Under the pieces are notes generated by a model. The model saw nothing but the letters and a program-made list of their open reading frames with translations, had not been told where the DNA came from and did not search any database. From the NCBI GenBank assembly GCA_964527965.1, contig CAZGPH010000006.1:175-64174 (forward strand): a stretch of DNA of 64,000 bases, given 5' to 3'. The stretch is from an uncultured Marinoscillum sp. (GTDB lineage: Bacteria > Bacteroidota > Bacteroidia > Cytophagales > MED-G16). A program made the position numbers and the translations under genes. This document shows positions 64,000 through 64,000 of the stretch, piece by piece; position 1 is the stretch's first letter, and the number at the start of each line of letters is the position of its first letter.

Positions 64000-64000
64000 C

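Overview
Strongly AT-rich, very gene-dense core-genome window from a Bacteroidota genome, most likely a streamlined, probably marine Cytophagales/Cytophagia lineage. Support for this: many TAnnTTTG -7 promoter boxes, Cytophagales-type FtsZ (NVDFED T7 loop), PurF, FabI, RpoZ and DUF4835/PorQ-like genes, and the MEP genes dxr and ispE. It holds about 66 CDSs (partial at both edges) and two tRNAs, Ser-GCT and Leu-GAG, neither with an encoded CCA. I found no CRISPR array, rRNA, integrase or transposase. Most genes are housekeeping. The most notable points are: (i) a dcw cluster with murD and murC cleanly absent from their usual slots, together with an unusually diverged FtsA/FtsZ pair, followed directly by dnaN; (ii) other usually syntenic genes (coaBC, recN, probably rnz) missing from conserved gene strings, with a 65-aa membrane ORF at the recN position; (iii) a very basic ORFan with a C-terminal winged-helix-like segment and a 10-bp inverted repeat over its start codon; (iv) a repeated -7 box + 4 nt + ATG layout suggesting leaderless mRNAs; (v) every convergent protein-gene pair overlapping at the stop codons. 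All calls come from motif recognition and recalled synteny; no database searches were run.
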